A DNA stretch of 64,000 bases from Acidimicrobiia bacterium (GTDB taxonomy: Bacteria > Actinomycetota > Acidimicrobiia > Spongiisociales > UBA11373), in contig JBBDMM010000011.1 in NCBI GenBank assembly GCA_040878325.1, positions 1 through 64,000 of the forward strand, written 5' to 3'. The translations under genes and the position numbers were made by a program. Under the pieces are notes generated by a model that was not told the DNA's origin, searched no databases, and saw nothing but the letters and a program-made list of their open reading frames with translations. Below are positions 46,847-56,302 of the stretch, one piece after another. Positions within the stretch are counted from its first letter, which is position 1, and every line of letters starts with the position of its first letter.

Positions 46847-48052
46847 CTATGCCGGGTCGAACTCGACCTCGAGCTCGGTCACCCCGCGGAATACCAGGCT
46901 GGCATGGCGGGGGGGCTCGGGTACCGCCAGCCGCAGGTTGCGCAACCTCTTCGCCAAGGTGGCGAAGGCCGCCTGCAGCTCGACCCGGGCGAGTGGGGCA
47001 CCGAGACAGAAGTGGGTGCCCAACGCGAACGAGACATGCGGATTGGACGTCCGGTCGAGTGCCAGCCGCTCGGGGCTCTCGAAAACCCCGGGGTCGTGGT
47101 TGGCAGATCCGTAGAGCAGACCGACCTTGTCCCCGGGGGTGAGGCGCACGCCGGCCCAGTCGAGATCCTCCAGCACCCATCGTTCGAACATCTGCAGCGG
47201 CGTGTCGTATCGCAAGAGCTCCTCGGTGGCCGCGTCGGCCGCGGCTCCGGTGCGGAACAGTGCGAACTGGTCGGGGTTACGGGCGAGCGCCAGAACCCCG
47301 TTGCCGATCCCGTGGACGGTCGCTTCGTGCCCGGCATTCAGCACCAGGATGCAGGTGGCGACCAGGTCGTCGTCCGAGAGTGGATCGTCTGCTGTCGCCA
47401 GCTCCGAGATGAGGTCTTCGCCGGGGTTGTGCCGGCGTTCGCCGACGATCGCACGGATGTAGTCGGCGAACTCGGTCACTGCGCTCTCCGCAGCCTGTTC
47501 CTCAACCGGGGTCACGTTGACGTCGAACACCTTGACGATGGCGTGGGACCAGTCGAGCAGCAGGCGGTGGTCGCTATCGGGTATTCCCATCAGTTGGGCG
47601 ACGACCGCGATCGGGATGGGGGTGGCGAAGTCGGCGATGACCTCCATCCGCCCCTGGTCGATCACCTCGTCGAGGAGCCGGTTGGCCAGGCGTTCGATCT
47701 CGCCGCGGCGCGCCTCTGCCCTGCTGCGGGCGAATGGCTGCTTTACCGCCCCCCGGATGCGGGTGTGCTCAGGGGGCTCGAGGTCGATGAAAGACCCGCG
47801 GATGAAGCGATACCAGTTGGTGAGGTGCACGGGGTACGACCGGTGGTCGACCTCATTAGGGGCGAGCACGTGACGAATGTCGCGACCGAAGCGCTTGTCG
47901 CGAAGCATCGCCGTTACATCGGCATGCCTTGCGAAGAAGGTCACCCGCCAGTGATCGTCGAAGAACGGCCCCGCCTCGCGCAACCTGGCGTAGGTCGGGT
48001 AGGGATCGGCGACGAATGCCGGGTCGTACGCGTCGAACTGCACCGATGACAT
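46847..48052 (-). CDS. Cytochrome P450
   Basis: AGHEAT (I helix), EELLR (ExxR), FALGTHFCLG (heme Cys). Confidence 0.96.
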   Translation of the reverse strand: MSSVQFDAYDPAFVADPYPTYARLREAGPFFDDHWRVTFFARHADVTAMLRDKRFGRDIRHVLAPNEVDHRSYPVHLTNWYRFIRGSFIDLEPPEHTRIRGAVKQPFARSRAEARRGEIERLANRLLDEVIDQGRMEVIADFATPIPIAVVAQLMGIPDSDHRLLLDWSHAIVKVFDVNVTPVEEQAAESAVTEFADYIRAIVGERRHNPGEDLISELATADDPLSDDDLVATCILVLNAGHEATVHGIGNGVLALARNPDQFALFRTGAAADAATEELLRYDTPLQMFERWVLEDLDWAGVRLTPGDKVGLLYGSANHDPGVFESPERLALDRTSNPHVSFALGTHFCLGAPLARVELQAAFATLAKRLRNLRLAVPEPPRHASLVFRGVTELEVEFDPA

Positions 48053-48082
48053 CGTCACGTATTCAAGTAGGTCAAAGCCGAA

Positions 48083-48166
48083 GCGCCCCAGCACCGGCTC
48101 CAGCTCCAGCAGGAGCGAATGCTAGGGCTGGTTGTGGCTGGGCCGGAGCGGCGGCAACCCCGGAAC
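48083..48166. repeat. Hexamer (RGCWCC-like) arrays in inverted orientation
   Basis: agcacc ggctcc agctcc agcagg, then ggctgg/ggagcg units; resembles 17739-17865. Confidence 0.5.
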
Positions 48167-48180
48167 CTAGAAGGGCAGCC

Positions 48181-48576
48181 TCACGTGGTGCGTGCCCTGG
48201 CCTCCACCATGATGCAGGGACCGACCAACCCATTGAAATCATTCGCTTCGACGAACTCCCGCACGGCATGGTCACCGGCCCCCGGTTGGACCCACACGTT
48301 CATCAGGCCCAGGTCGAGGCACTCCTGAAGGACGGTGAGCGTCCGCGCCGGCGGCACGACGATGTCGACGATGGTGGGGGCCTCCGGCAGGTCCGCCAGC
48401 GAGCGCCAGCAGGGATCCCCGTCGACCTCGTCACGATTCGGGTTCACCGCGAACACCTTGAAGCCCTTCGACTTCAGGTTGTGGTAGATGATGTTCCCGT
48501 ACTTCGAGGGATTGGCGGTGGCGCCGACCACGGCCACGGTGGTGTCGGCGCTCTCGAGCAGCTCGACCAGGCTCAT
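48181..48576 (-). CDS. CoA-binding protein (YccU-like)
   Basis: VAVVGAT, AVNP, VDIVVPP, VWVQPG, GPCIMV. Confidence 0.93.
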   Translation of the reverse strand: MSLVELLESADTTVAVVGATANPSKYGNIIYHNLKSKGFKVFAVNPNRDEVDGDPCWRSLADLPEAPTIVDIVVPPARTLTVLQECLDLGLMNVWVQPGAGDHAVREFVEANDFNGLVGPCIMVEARARTT

Positions 48577-48626
48577 GGTTAGGGCAACCTCCGGTGGGCG
48601 ATGGGCATTCCCCTACCGACTCCGCG

Positions 48627-48737
48627 TCATTGGGAACGATCCCTACCGTAACGCCCGACCCGATGGAGGTGCTCACCGCCGACGCCGACGTCTACGAGGT
48701 AGGTGGGTACGATCACCGAGACCAGCGGGGCGGTCAT
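48627..48737 (-). pseudogene. Possible truncated GT2 glycosyltransferase remnant
   Basis: ATGA-coupled start MTAPLVSVIVPTY matches a GT2 N-terminus, then diverges and stops after 36 aa. Confidence 0.4.
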
Positions 48738-49048
48738 GGCTCGCGAGTGCGGTGCACCCGCCATGCCCAGGCGGTGCCGAGCATCGCCCCGGCGATCACC
48801 CACACGACCGGTACCGCCCGTCGTCCCACGTCGATGACGACCGGCTGGGGCAGGCCGAGGCGATCGGAAAGCCCCGCCATGACGAGCGAACCGCCGAGGG
48901 CAAGCCATGCCAGGGGGACCCACGCGATCTCGTTACGGCGACGGAAGGCAAAACGAACCAGGAGCGCCACGCCGAGGGCGATCAGCAGGACAAGGCCCGT
49001 CCACACCGCGACCTCGCCGATGAACCGGAGCATTGCGCGCAGGATCAC
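48734..49048 (-). CDS. Small hypothetical membrane protein
   Basis: Three hydrophobic segments; in operon context. Confidence 0.65.
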   Translation of the reverse strand: MILRAMLRFIGEVAVWTGLVLLIALGVALLVRFAFRRRNEIAWVPLAWLALGGSLVMAGLSDRLGLPQPVVIDVGRRAVPVVWVIAGAMLGTAWAWRVHRTREP

Positions 49049-49067
49049 GAGGGCACCTGTCGCACCA

Positions 49068-49628
49068 TCACTCCGTCTTCTTTGCTGCGGCCTTCATCGC
49101 CCGCTTCTGCTCGCGCAGTTCGTAGATCTTGTCGAAAGAGTCGATGTCGGCAATTGATGGCCAATCGGCGGCGGTCTTCTCCCACCCCGGAGGCCCCTGC
49201 CCGAGGCGCTTCCCGACGATTCCTACGAAGATCCGCGCCTTGGTCCTGCCGTACCCCGGAAGGGCTTCGAGTCGCTGGAGGAGGTCTTTGCCGTCGGCGG
49301 CCTCGAGCCAGATGCGTCCGGCATCGCCCGCATACTCATCGACGATCATGGTGCACAATGCCTGACACCGCTCTGCCATGGATCCAGGAAAGCGGTGGAG
49401 TGCCGGGGGGCCCCGAAAGGCGGCCACCAGGTCGTCGCGATCGAGGGCGGCGATTGTCGTCGCGTCGAGGGAGCCGCCGATCCTTTGGGTGAGAAGGTAG
49501 GGGGAGAGGAACGCCCGCTCCATCGGGAACTGTTGGTCGAGCAGCATTCCGATCAATAGGGCGAGTGGACTGGCGGCAAGGAGCCGATTTGCCTCGGCAT
49601 CCTCGGTGAAGGGGAGTTCGTTCGGCAT
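49068..49628 (-). CDS. HhH-GPD-type base excision DNA repair protein
   Basis: PLALLIGMLLDQQFPMERAF, PPALHRFPGSMA, LPGYG..KARIF. Confidence 0.93.
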   Translation of the reverse strand: MPNELPFTEDAEANRLLAASPLALLIGMLLDQQFPMERAFLSPYLLTQRIGGSLDATTIAALDRDDLVAAFRGPPALHRFPGSMAERCQALCTMIVDEYAGDAGRIWLEAADGKDLLQRLEALPGYGRTKARIFVGIVGKRLGQGPPGWEKTAADWPSIADIDSFDKIYELREQKRAMKAAAKKTE

Positions 49629-49711
49629 CAGACCCTGACCTTGATGGAAGCCCACGGTAGTGCCCGCGAGATTGCCGGAGAGCGGCGGCTCGTCGTCGAT
49701 ACCATCGAGCC

Positions 49712-50722
49712 ATGGGCTGGAAGGGGACGATTCTGGATGGAGCGCGCCGCGCCGGCGTTTTGGGACTGGTGGGTCGAGCGTTCGGCGCCGATCGGCTGAC
49801 GGTACTGGCGTATCACCGGGTCACCGATCACACCCGCCCGGGCTTTGCCGGGTTTGTAGGGAACGTCAGCGCCTCTCCGGCCGAGTTCTCCGACCAGATG
49901 GAGTGGGTTGCCCGGAAGCACACGCCGGTCTCTCTCGAGGCCGTGGCCGCCGCCGCGCTCGGCGCGGATCTCCCCGACCGGGCGGTGCTCGTGACCTTCG
50001 ACGACGGGTATCAGGACAACCTCGACAACGCCCTCCCCGTGCTTCGTCGCCTCGGCCTGCCGGCGGCCCTGTTTCTGGCCACGGACCATGTCGGCAGCGG
50101 CCAGCCCTTCTGGTGGGACCGTGCGGCCGAGTTCTTCTGGCGGCACGCCGGGGCCGAAGTAGACCTGCCGATCCTGGGGCACACCACGTGGGACAGCGAT
50201 GGTGCCCTATCGCTTGCCGCCCGCTGGATCGCCCGAGCCAAGCTGCTTCAGGACGACGAGAGGGGTGCCGCCGTGGCCGCCATCAAGGCCGCCGCCGGGT
50301 CCGATGAGGCTCCCCAGGGCCTGGTGATGAACTGGGGTGGGGCACGAGAGATGGCCGCTCACGGTGTCGCCATCGGTGGCCACACCCGGACCCATCCGAT
50401 CCTCACCCGGGTACCCCTCGAAACAGCCCGCGAGGAGATCTCCCGATCCAAAGCAGACGTCGAGCGAGAGATCGGCGCGCCGGCAATCGGCTTTGCGTAC
50501 CCCAACGGCGGAACCGCAGATTTCGACGACGCAGTAGTGGCGGCGGTAGCCGACGCCGGCTATCGGACCGCGTTCACCCTGGTCCCCGGTCCTGCCCGGC
50601 TCAGGGAGGTCGTGGCAGACCCGCTGCGGATCCGCCGGGTGTACGTGCACCACGGCGACGGACTCAGCCGGTTCGCCGCCAAGATGGCCGGGGTGCCGCG
50701 GCTGACTGGAGCCCTGGCATGA
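49712..50722 (+). CDS. Polysaccharide deacetylase (CE4/NodB-like)
   Basis: LAYHRV, VTFDDGY, GGHTRTHP, FAYPNG. Confidence 0.93.
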   Translation: MGWKGTILDGARRAGVLGLVGRAFGADRLTVLAYHRVTDHTRPGFAGFVGNVSASPAEFSDQMEWVARKHTPVSLEAVAAAALGADLPDRAVLVTFDDGYQDNLDNALPVLRRLGLPAALFLATDHVGSGQPFWWDRAAEFFWRHAGAEVDLPILGHTTWDSDGALSLAARWIARAKLLQDDERGAAVAAIKAAAGSDEAPQGLVMNWGGAREMAAHGVAIGGHTRTHPILTRVPLETAREEISRSKADVEREIGAPAIGFAYPNGGTADFDDAVVAAVADAGYRTAFTLVPGPARLREVVADPLRIRRVYVHHGDGLSRFAAKMAGVPRLTGALA

Positions 50723-51690
50723 AGCCCGCGCAGGAACGCATCCGGGCGGCGGTGGCCGCCTCGCTGCCTCCCGGCTACGGCGCGATCACCCGCTGGTCAA
50801 GACCGCGCCAGGGTGACTGGTCGTGGATGTTCGAGGCGGAGACCGGCGGCGCCGCCCCGGCCACCCTTCTGGTGAAGGTCCCCCGATGGGAGGAGGCGAC
50901 CGACCTGGGTTCGGCGTTGAACGCCGGTCCCCAGAAGGACACTGAGGAGGAATACCGGGCTCTCGAAGCGATCGCGGCGGCGGTGGCGGCGGCGGGGGAT
51001 CCCGGGCTCACGGCAGTCGTCCCGGTCGCCTACGTGCGCGAAGTGAATGCGGTCGTCACCGAGCGGCTGCGGGCAGTGCCGCTGCACGACCGGCTGGGCC
51101 GTACGCGGGGCTCCGACGCCGCGACTCTGTTTCAGCGGGTGGGACGCTGGCTGCGGATCTTCCACGCCACGTCTGATCAGCAACTGGTCCCATTCGAGGC
51201 CGGCCAATTCGAGCGGCTGGCGGATGCGGGCCACCGGGGAGCACTCGGTGACTCTATCGCCGCCGTCGCGGCGGTAGCCCGGGTCCGGTCCGGCCGGCCG
51301 GTTTCGGTGGGGGTGCTCCACGGCGACCTGTCGCTCCGCAACGTCCTGGTGACCATCGACGACCGCGTGGCGGTGATCGACCCGAATCGCTACCGGGGCC
51401 GGATCGCCGGCGATGCCGCCCACCTGCTCACCGAAGTTCGCCTGGGGAGGTGCCAGTTGATCACTTCGGGCGCGTTCCGCCCGAGATCGAGGGTCGAGCA
51501 GTTGGCAGTGGGGATCATCGATGGCTATCCCGAGATCGACCCCGGCGCTTTGGCGTTCGAGCGAGCGGTGGCCGCGGTGAAGCGCTGGGTCGAAGTGGAG
51601 GAGCGGACCAAGGGGATCGCCCGGCTGGCGCTCCTGCCGGCGCGTCGGTTGTTCAAGTCCGAGGTCGGAGCGCTCCTCCGACAGCCCTAA
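50719..51690 (+). CDS. Protein-kinase-like (APH-family) phosphotransferase
   Basis: LLVK, EY, LHGDLSLRNVL, VIDP; ATGA overlap. Confidence 0.8.
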   Translation: MKPAQERIRAAVAASLPPGYGAITRWSRPRQGDWSWMFEAETGGAAPATLLVKVPRWEEATDLGSALNAGPQKDTEEEYRALEAIAAAVAAAGDPGLTAVVPVAYVREVNAVVTERLRAVPLHDRLGRTRGSDAATLFQRVGRWLRIFHATSDQQLVPFEAGQFERLADAGHRGALGDSIAAVAAVARVRSGRPVSVGVLHGDLSLRNVLVTIDDRVAVIDPNRYRGRIAGDAAHLLTEVRLGRCQLITSGAFRPRSRVEQLAVGIIDGYPEIDPGALAFERAVAAVKRWVEVEERTKGIARLALLPARRLFKSEVGALLRQP

Positions 51691-52759
51691 GGGCGTTGCG
51701 GCCCGCCCAGATCGCCCGGCCGCGGGGACCAAGCGGTCGCCTCAGACGAAGGTCGATGCGGGTGTCGGTGCCCCAGGACTGCTTGTACTCCTCGTCGCCC
51801 CGGAGAAAGTCGAATTCCCTGGCACCCTCGTCGATCGCCCCTTGGATCGCCCGTGCCATGATCGCCCTTCCCGGCCCGAACCTCGACCACGCCGGATCGA
51901 ACCCGGTCGTGTAGAAGGAGACCACTTCGCCCACCCGGAAGCATTCGATGATCGCGATCGGGCTCTCGCCGACATCCAGGCGCCAGAGGCGCAATCGGCC
52001 GGCTGCCAGCATTCTGCGTGCCGTCTCGCGATGGAACGCCACCAACTCATCGGTGGCGAACGCCCCCAGGTCGCCGCGGGCGGTACGGACCGTCTGGTGC
52101 ATCACCGCCAGATGGTCCATCGTGTCCTCGAGGTCGGCCGCGGTCGCCACCATGCGGGTGACGACGGGAGCGCCGGCCTCCTGATCGAGCTTGCGCCGGT
52201 AGCGATCGATGTTCTGCCGGTGGCTGCGGCCAAAGCGCTGGTTGACCAGATCCCACCCGCCATCGAGAGGCAGGTGAGGGCACGGCGTCTCCTCGGCCGC
52301 ATCGCCGCGTCGCCGCAGCAGAAGCCTGGGGAGCACACCATCGATGGCCATGCCGTCGAAGTCGATGAGGTCCCACCGGCGGCGAACGTCCACGGCCTCC
52401 CACAGATGGGCGGCCACCGTCGGGTCCTCTCCGGTGGCGATCGGCATGTCCAGGTGGTCAGGTGCGGCCGGGCCGCTGCCGATGATCCGCAGGGATTGGA
52501 ACGGTATTCCGAACTTGCGTCCGGGGGCGACATAGAACGGGGCCACGCCGAGCAAGCTCCCATCGACCGGGTGCCGGGCCGTGAAGACTTCCAGGTCGGC
52601 GTCGCGGCCCAGGGTGTCCAGCCATGCGCTCACCCAGGGCCAGGTCATGAACGCCGACCGCACCTGGGATCCGGCGACCAGTGCCTCCCATTCGGGTCCC
52701 ATTTCCCTTAACTCGGCGCGCTGGACACGGGTGACGACAGGGAGAGTGCGGGTGGTCAT
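51653..52759 (-). CDS. GNAT acetyltransferase (CelD/BcsL-like)
   Basis: FMTWPWVSAW, FGPGRAIM, FDFLRGDEEYK. Confidence 0.9.
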   Translation of the reverse strand: MTTRTLPVVTRVQRAELREMGPEWEALVAGSQVRSAFMTWPWVSAWLDTLGRDADLEVFTARHPVDGSLLGVAPFYVAPGRKFGIPFQSLRIIGSGPAAPDHLDMPIATGEDPTVAAHLWEAVDVRRRWDLIDFDGMAIDGVLPRLLLRRRGDAAEETPCPHLPLDGGWDLVNQRFGRSHRQNIDRYRRKLDQEAGAPVVTRMVATAADLEDTMDHLAVMHQTVRTARGDLGAFATDELVAFHRETARRMLAAGRLRLWRLDVGESPIAIIECFRVGEVVSFYTTGFDPAWSRFGPGRAIMARAIQGAIDEGAREFDFLRGDEEYKQSWGTDTRIDLRLRRPLGPRGRAIWAGRNALRAVGGALRPRT

Positions 52760-53913
52760 GGCTGGTCCCGTTCAGCGCGCTTCCAGACGGCCGTTTGGCC
52801 GCCGCGCATGTGGCGCCACAGTCCGCGAGCCGCGGCGTAGTTCGAGTTCACCAGGAACCGCGGCACGTAGGCCGCCTTGCCCACCGGTCGGAGAAGCGCC
52901 GGAGCCGCGGCGACGGCATAGAACCCCGCCTGGGCGATGAGGGTGATCGGTCCCCACGGTGGGGCCAGCGCCGGCAGCCCGCCGGATGGTGCCACCGCGG
53001 TGGCTGCGATCGACCCGCCGAGCGCGGCGACCATCCCGAATGGCACCAGCGAGCGGAAGATCTTGTGCGACACGAGCATCCACGCCACCAGCGGCCTTCT
53101 CCAGGGGATCTCCCGGTGCAACCTGCCGAACACCTGCCATTGGCCGGCGACCATTCGTGAGCGGCGCTCCCGCTCGGCCCCGGCATCGGAGGAAACGACC
53201 TCCTCGGACACGGATTCGGGCTGGTAGACCACCCGGTAGCCGCGTTTGACCACCCGATGGGCCATCCACTGGTCGTCGTTGACAATGGCGTCGGGGGCAG
53301 CCTCCAACAGGTCACGACGGATCGCGAAGATCTCCCCGTTCACGCCGACCGTGCAACCGAGGCGGCTCTCCATCTGGCGGAGATGGGCCTCGTAGCGCCA
53401 GTACGCACCCTCGGAGAATCCGAGGTCGGAGTCGCCCCCGGTGACCTTGCGCCCGGTGGCCGCCCCGACGGTCGGGTCGGCGAACGGCGCGACGATCTGC
53501 TCGATGGCGTCGGGTCGCAGGGTGTTGTTGGCATCGGTGAAGACGACCACATCGCCGGTCGCCCACTCCAGGGCCCGGCTGATTGCGGCCATCTTCCCGC
53601 GCCGTTCGGGACGATGGACCACCTCGACGCCATGGGTGCGGGCTATCCCGGCCGTGGCGTCGTCCGATCCGTCAGCGGCGACGATCACCTGCAGCAGTTC
53701 GCTGGGGTACGCCAGCCCGGCGGTGTCCCTCAGCTTGCGATCGATGACGGCTTCCTCGTTGTAGGCGGCGACGATGAGCGTGACCTTGGGGGAGTGGGGC
53801 GGGTACTGCCGATCTCGCCCGAACGCCGCGGACAACAGGGTGACGAGCAGGGGATATCCGACATACGTGTAAGTCACCAGGCCGGCACCTGCCCAGAAGA
53901 CGAGCCCGATCAT
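52756..53913 (-). CDS. GT2 glycosyltransferase
   Basis: YTYVGYP, IVAAYNEE, DGSDD, FTDAN, VNDD, RRSR. Confidence 0.93.
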   Translation of the reverse strand: MIGLVFWAGAGLVTYTYVGYPLLVTLLSAAFGRDRQYPPHSPKVTLIVAAYNEEAVIDRKLRDTAGLAYPSELLQVIVAADGSDDATAGIARTHGVEVVHRPERRGKMAAISRALEWATGDVVVFTDANNTLRPDAIEQIVAPFADPTVGAATGRKVTGGDSDLGFSEGAYWRYEAHLRQMESRLGCTVGVNGEIFAIRRDLLEAAPDAIVNDDQWMAHRVVKRGYRVVYQPESVSEEVVSSDAGAERERRSRMVAGQWQVFGRLHREIPWRRPLVAWMLVSHKIFRSLVPFGMVAALGGSIAATAVAPSGGLPALAPPWGPITLIAQAGFYAVAAAPALLRPVGKAAYVPRFLVNSNYAAARGLWRHMRGGQTAVWKRAERDQP

Positions 53914-55112
53914 TTCGCCACCCCGCCATACACGCCCAGGATCGTCCTGGCGATGGGCGGCCACGTGTATCGATCGGCCGCTCTGGCGGCGCAGGCTCCC
54001 ATGCGGGTGGATTCGGCCGGATCGCCGAGCAGCTTGACCATCGCACTGGCGAGTCCGGGCACGTCGCCGGGGGCGACCAGCAATCCCGTCTCTCCGTGGA
54101 CGACGTCCTCGGCGAGTGATCCCAACTCTGAGGCGATCACCGGGCGGCCGTATGCATAGGCCACCTGGAGCACGCCTGACGCGGTGGCCGATCTGTACGG
54201 GAGCACCACGACATCGGCGGTGCGCATCAGCGGTCCCACCTCCTCGAAGGGCAGATAGCGAGCGTCGATGGTGACGCGGCCGGAGACAGCGCGTCTGGCG
54301 ACCCGGTGTTCGAGGTGGGCGGGGTCGACTCCAGCCGGAGGCCCGGCCACGACCAGATGGGCATCGATCTCGCGGGACGCGAGGGCGAATGCGTCGATCA
54401 ATTCGTCCAGGCCTTTGCTGGGCCGCAGGCCGCCGAAAAAGAGGGCGGTCGGCTTGCCGGCCGCGATCCCGTAACGCTCCCGCAGGTCGCCGCCGGGATC
54501 CTCCGACCGGAGGAACAGGCCTTCGTCGCCATGGGGGATGACGACGGTGCGAGCCGCTTCGGCCGGATACAACTCCAGGAAGCGAGCACGGTTGGCTTCG
54601 CCGTGCAGGAAGATCACCGAGAAGTACCCGTACGCGGCACGCGTCATGGAGCGGTGGAGAGCCTGGAACGGGCCGCGCGACTCCCGCGGCTCGAACTCGT
54701 GACAGACCTGACTGATGGGGATCCCGGCCCGAACGATTCGCCTGAGGAACCACGCAAGGAAGGGAAAACGGATGATGGCGAACTGGGCGATGTCGGGCTT
54801 CTCTCGCAGAATGAACCTGGTTGCCCGGGCCCACTCCCGGGCATATCGGACCCCCCGCTCCGCCCGGCGCAGTTTGTGGCCGGCCCACACGAAGAGGCGG
54901 GCGAGCCCGTGGTGGCGAGCTGCCGGCTCGATTGCCGGCCACAGCCGCATGATCGGTGCCACCCGAAACGGCGCGTCCATCCCCGCCAGCTCGTAGTGGC
55001 GAGAGGTGACCAGGGTGACGTCTGCCCCCGCTTCGGCGAGCGCCGAGCACATCTGGAACGCGTAGTGGACCATCCCGCCGGATCCGTCCGGCTCGACGAC
55101 GATCATCCTCAT
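53910..55112 (-). CDS. GT4 glycosyltransferase
   Basis: FFGGLRPSKG, VLPYRSATASGV, GRPVIAS. Confidence 0.92.
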   Translation of the reverse strand: MRMIVVEPDGSGGMVHYAFQMCSALAEAGADVTLVTSRHYELAGMDAPFRVAPIMRLWPAIEPAARHHGLARLFVWAGHKLRRAERGVRYAREWARATRFILREKPDIAQFAIIRFPFLAWFLRRIVRAGIPISQVCHEFEPRESRGPFQALHRSMTRAAYGYFSVIFLHGEANRARFLELYPAEAARTVVIPHGDEGLFLRSEDPGGDLRERYGIAAGKPTALFFGGLRPSKGLDELIDAFALASREIDAHLVVAGPPAGVDPAHLEHRVARRAVSGRVTIDARYLPFEEVGPLMRTADVVVLPYRSATASGVLQVAYAYGRPVIASELGSLAEDVVHGETGLLVAPGDVPGLASAMVKLLGDPAESTRMGACAARAADRYTWPPIARTILGVYGGVAK

Positions 55113-56302
55113 CGGAAACCCCCCGCAGAGATCGCCAGTCGGTATTCGTCGACCAGGCGCGCCGCCTGGCGTTCGAGGTCGAAACGCTCGATGGCAATGC
55201 GGCGGCCCGCCCGCCCCATCGCTGCCGATTGGATCGGAGAGGAGAACAGCCGGCGGACGGCATCGGCCAGCATCGCCGGAGCGTGCGGAGGCACCATGAG
55301 AGCCGAAATGCCCCGATCGACCATCTCGGGGATCCCGCCCACCTCAGTCGCCACGACAGGCAGGCCTGCCGCCATTGCCTCGATTAGAACCGTGGGGAGT
55401 GCCTCGGTGTGAGACGGCAGCACGAACACGTCGGCGGCGGCGAGGAGCCGCGGGATGTCGGAACGGGCACCGGTGAACAGAACCCGATCCTCGAGGCCGA
55501 GGTCGGCGACGATCCGCTCGAGGGTGGGTCGCTGGCTGCCGTGACCCACGACCACGTAGCGGGTGGAAGGATGGGAGTGCACCACTGCCGGCAGGGCCTC
55601 GACCATGTCGGCGATTCCTTTCTCGGGTCGCAGCACCGCGACCGTCATCGCCACCGACGCATCAATGGCTATCCCCAACTCGTCGCGAGCCGCCGACCGC
55701 TTGGCGGCACCGCCGGGGGAGAACCTGGCGAGCTCGATCCCGTTGTGGAGCGTCACCACCTGGTCTCGCCTCGCCTTGGATCGTCCGATGAAGTGATCCC
55801 GTGCACTACGGGACACCGAGACGACTCGGGCGCCTCTCGACTTGAGGATCCAGGCCATCAGCCGGTAGCGAGCGGCGTCGCGGCTCCATCGTCGGGGCCG
55901 GTCGATGGTGTGAATCGTGGCGATAGTCGGAACCCCGAGGCGGTGGGCGGCGACCGTGCCGAGAATGTTGGAGAATTCGAGCTGGGTGTGGACCAGGTCG
56001 GGAGCGGTCCGCTCGATCACTTCGGTCACCCGGCGCAGTGCCCCCGGCTCGCGCAACCGGCGGATGCCCAGGTTGGCCACGGGCACTCCGGCGGCTTCGA
56101 TCTCGGCCGCGACCGGGTTGCCTTCACGGTCTTGCATCGTCACCACGGTCGGCTCGACTCCGAGTCGCGCCAGGCGCGGCAGGTAGTCGGCGAGCAGCCG
56201 TTCGGCACCTCCGGGGCCCAGCGAGTCGATCAGATAGAGCACAGAAAGCGGCGACTCGGGAACCGGCAGCGGTGGGGTGGCGCGGAGGCGCGGGGAGCTC
56301 AT
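55109..56302 (-). CDS. GT4 glycosyltransferase
   Basis: GGAE, LHNGI, RPEKG, FVLPSHTEALPTVLIEAMAAG. Confidence 0.94.
   Translation of the reverse strand: MSSPRLRATPPLPVPESPLSVLYLIDSLGPGGAERLLADYLPRLARLGVEPTVVTMQDREGNPVAAEIEAAGVPVANLGIRRLREPGALRRVTEVIERTAPDLVHTQLEFSNILGTVAAHRLGVPTIATIHTIDRPRRWSRDAARYRLMAWILKSRGARVVSVSRSARDHFIGRSKARRDQVVTLHNGIELARFSPGGAAKRSAARDELGIAIDASVAMTVAVLRPEKGIADMVEALPAVVHSHPSTRYVVVGHGSQRPTLERIVADLGLEDRVLFTGARSDIPRLLAAADVFVLPSHTEALPTVLIEAMAAGLPVVATEVGGIPEMVDRGISALMVPPHAPAMLADAVRRLFSSPIQSAAMGRAGRRIAIERFDLERQAARLVDEYRLAISAGGFR

Noticed and set aside
46847..48052. P450 as part of a biosynthetic gene cluster
   Set aside because: No PKS, NRPS, terpene or RiPP genes, and no ferredoxin, nearby
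53914..55263. 835-aa extended GT2 ORF in the track
   Set aside because: The extension overlaps the GT4 gene out of frame; the real start is 53913
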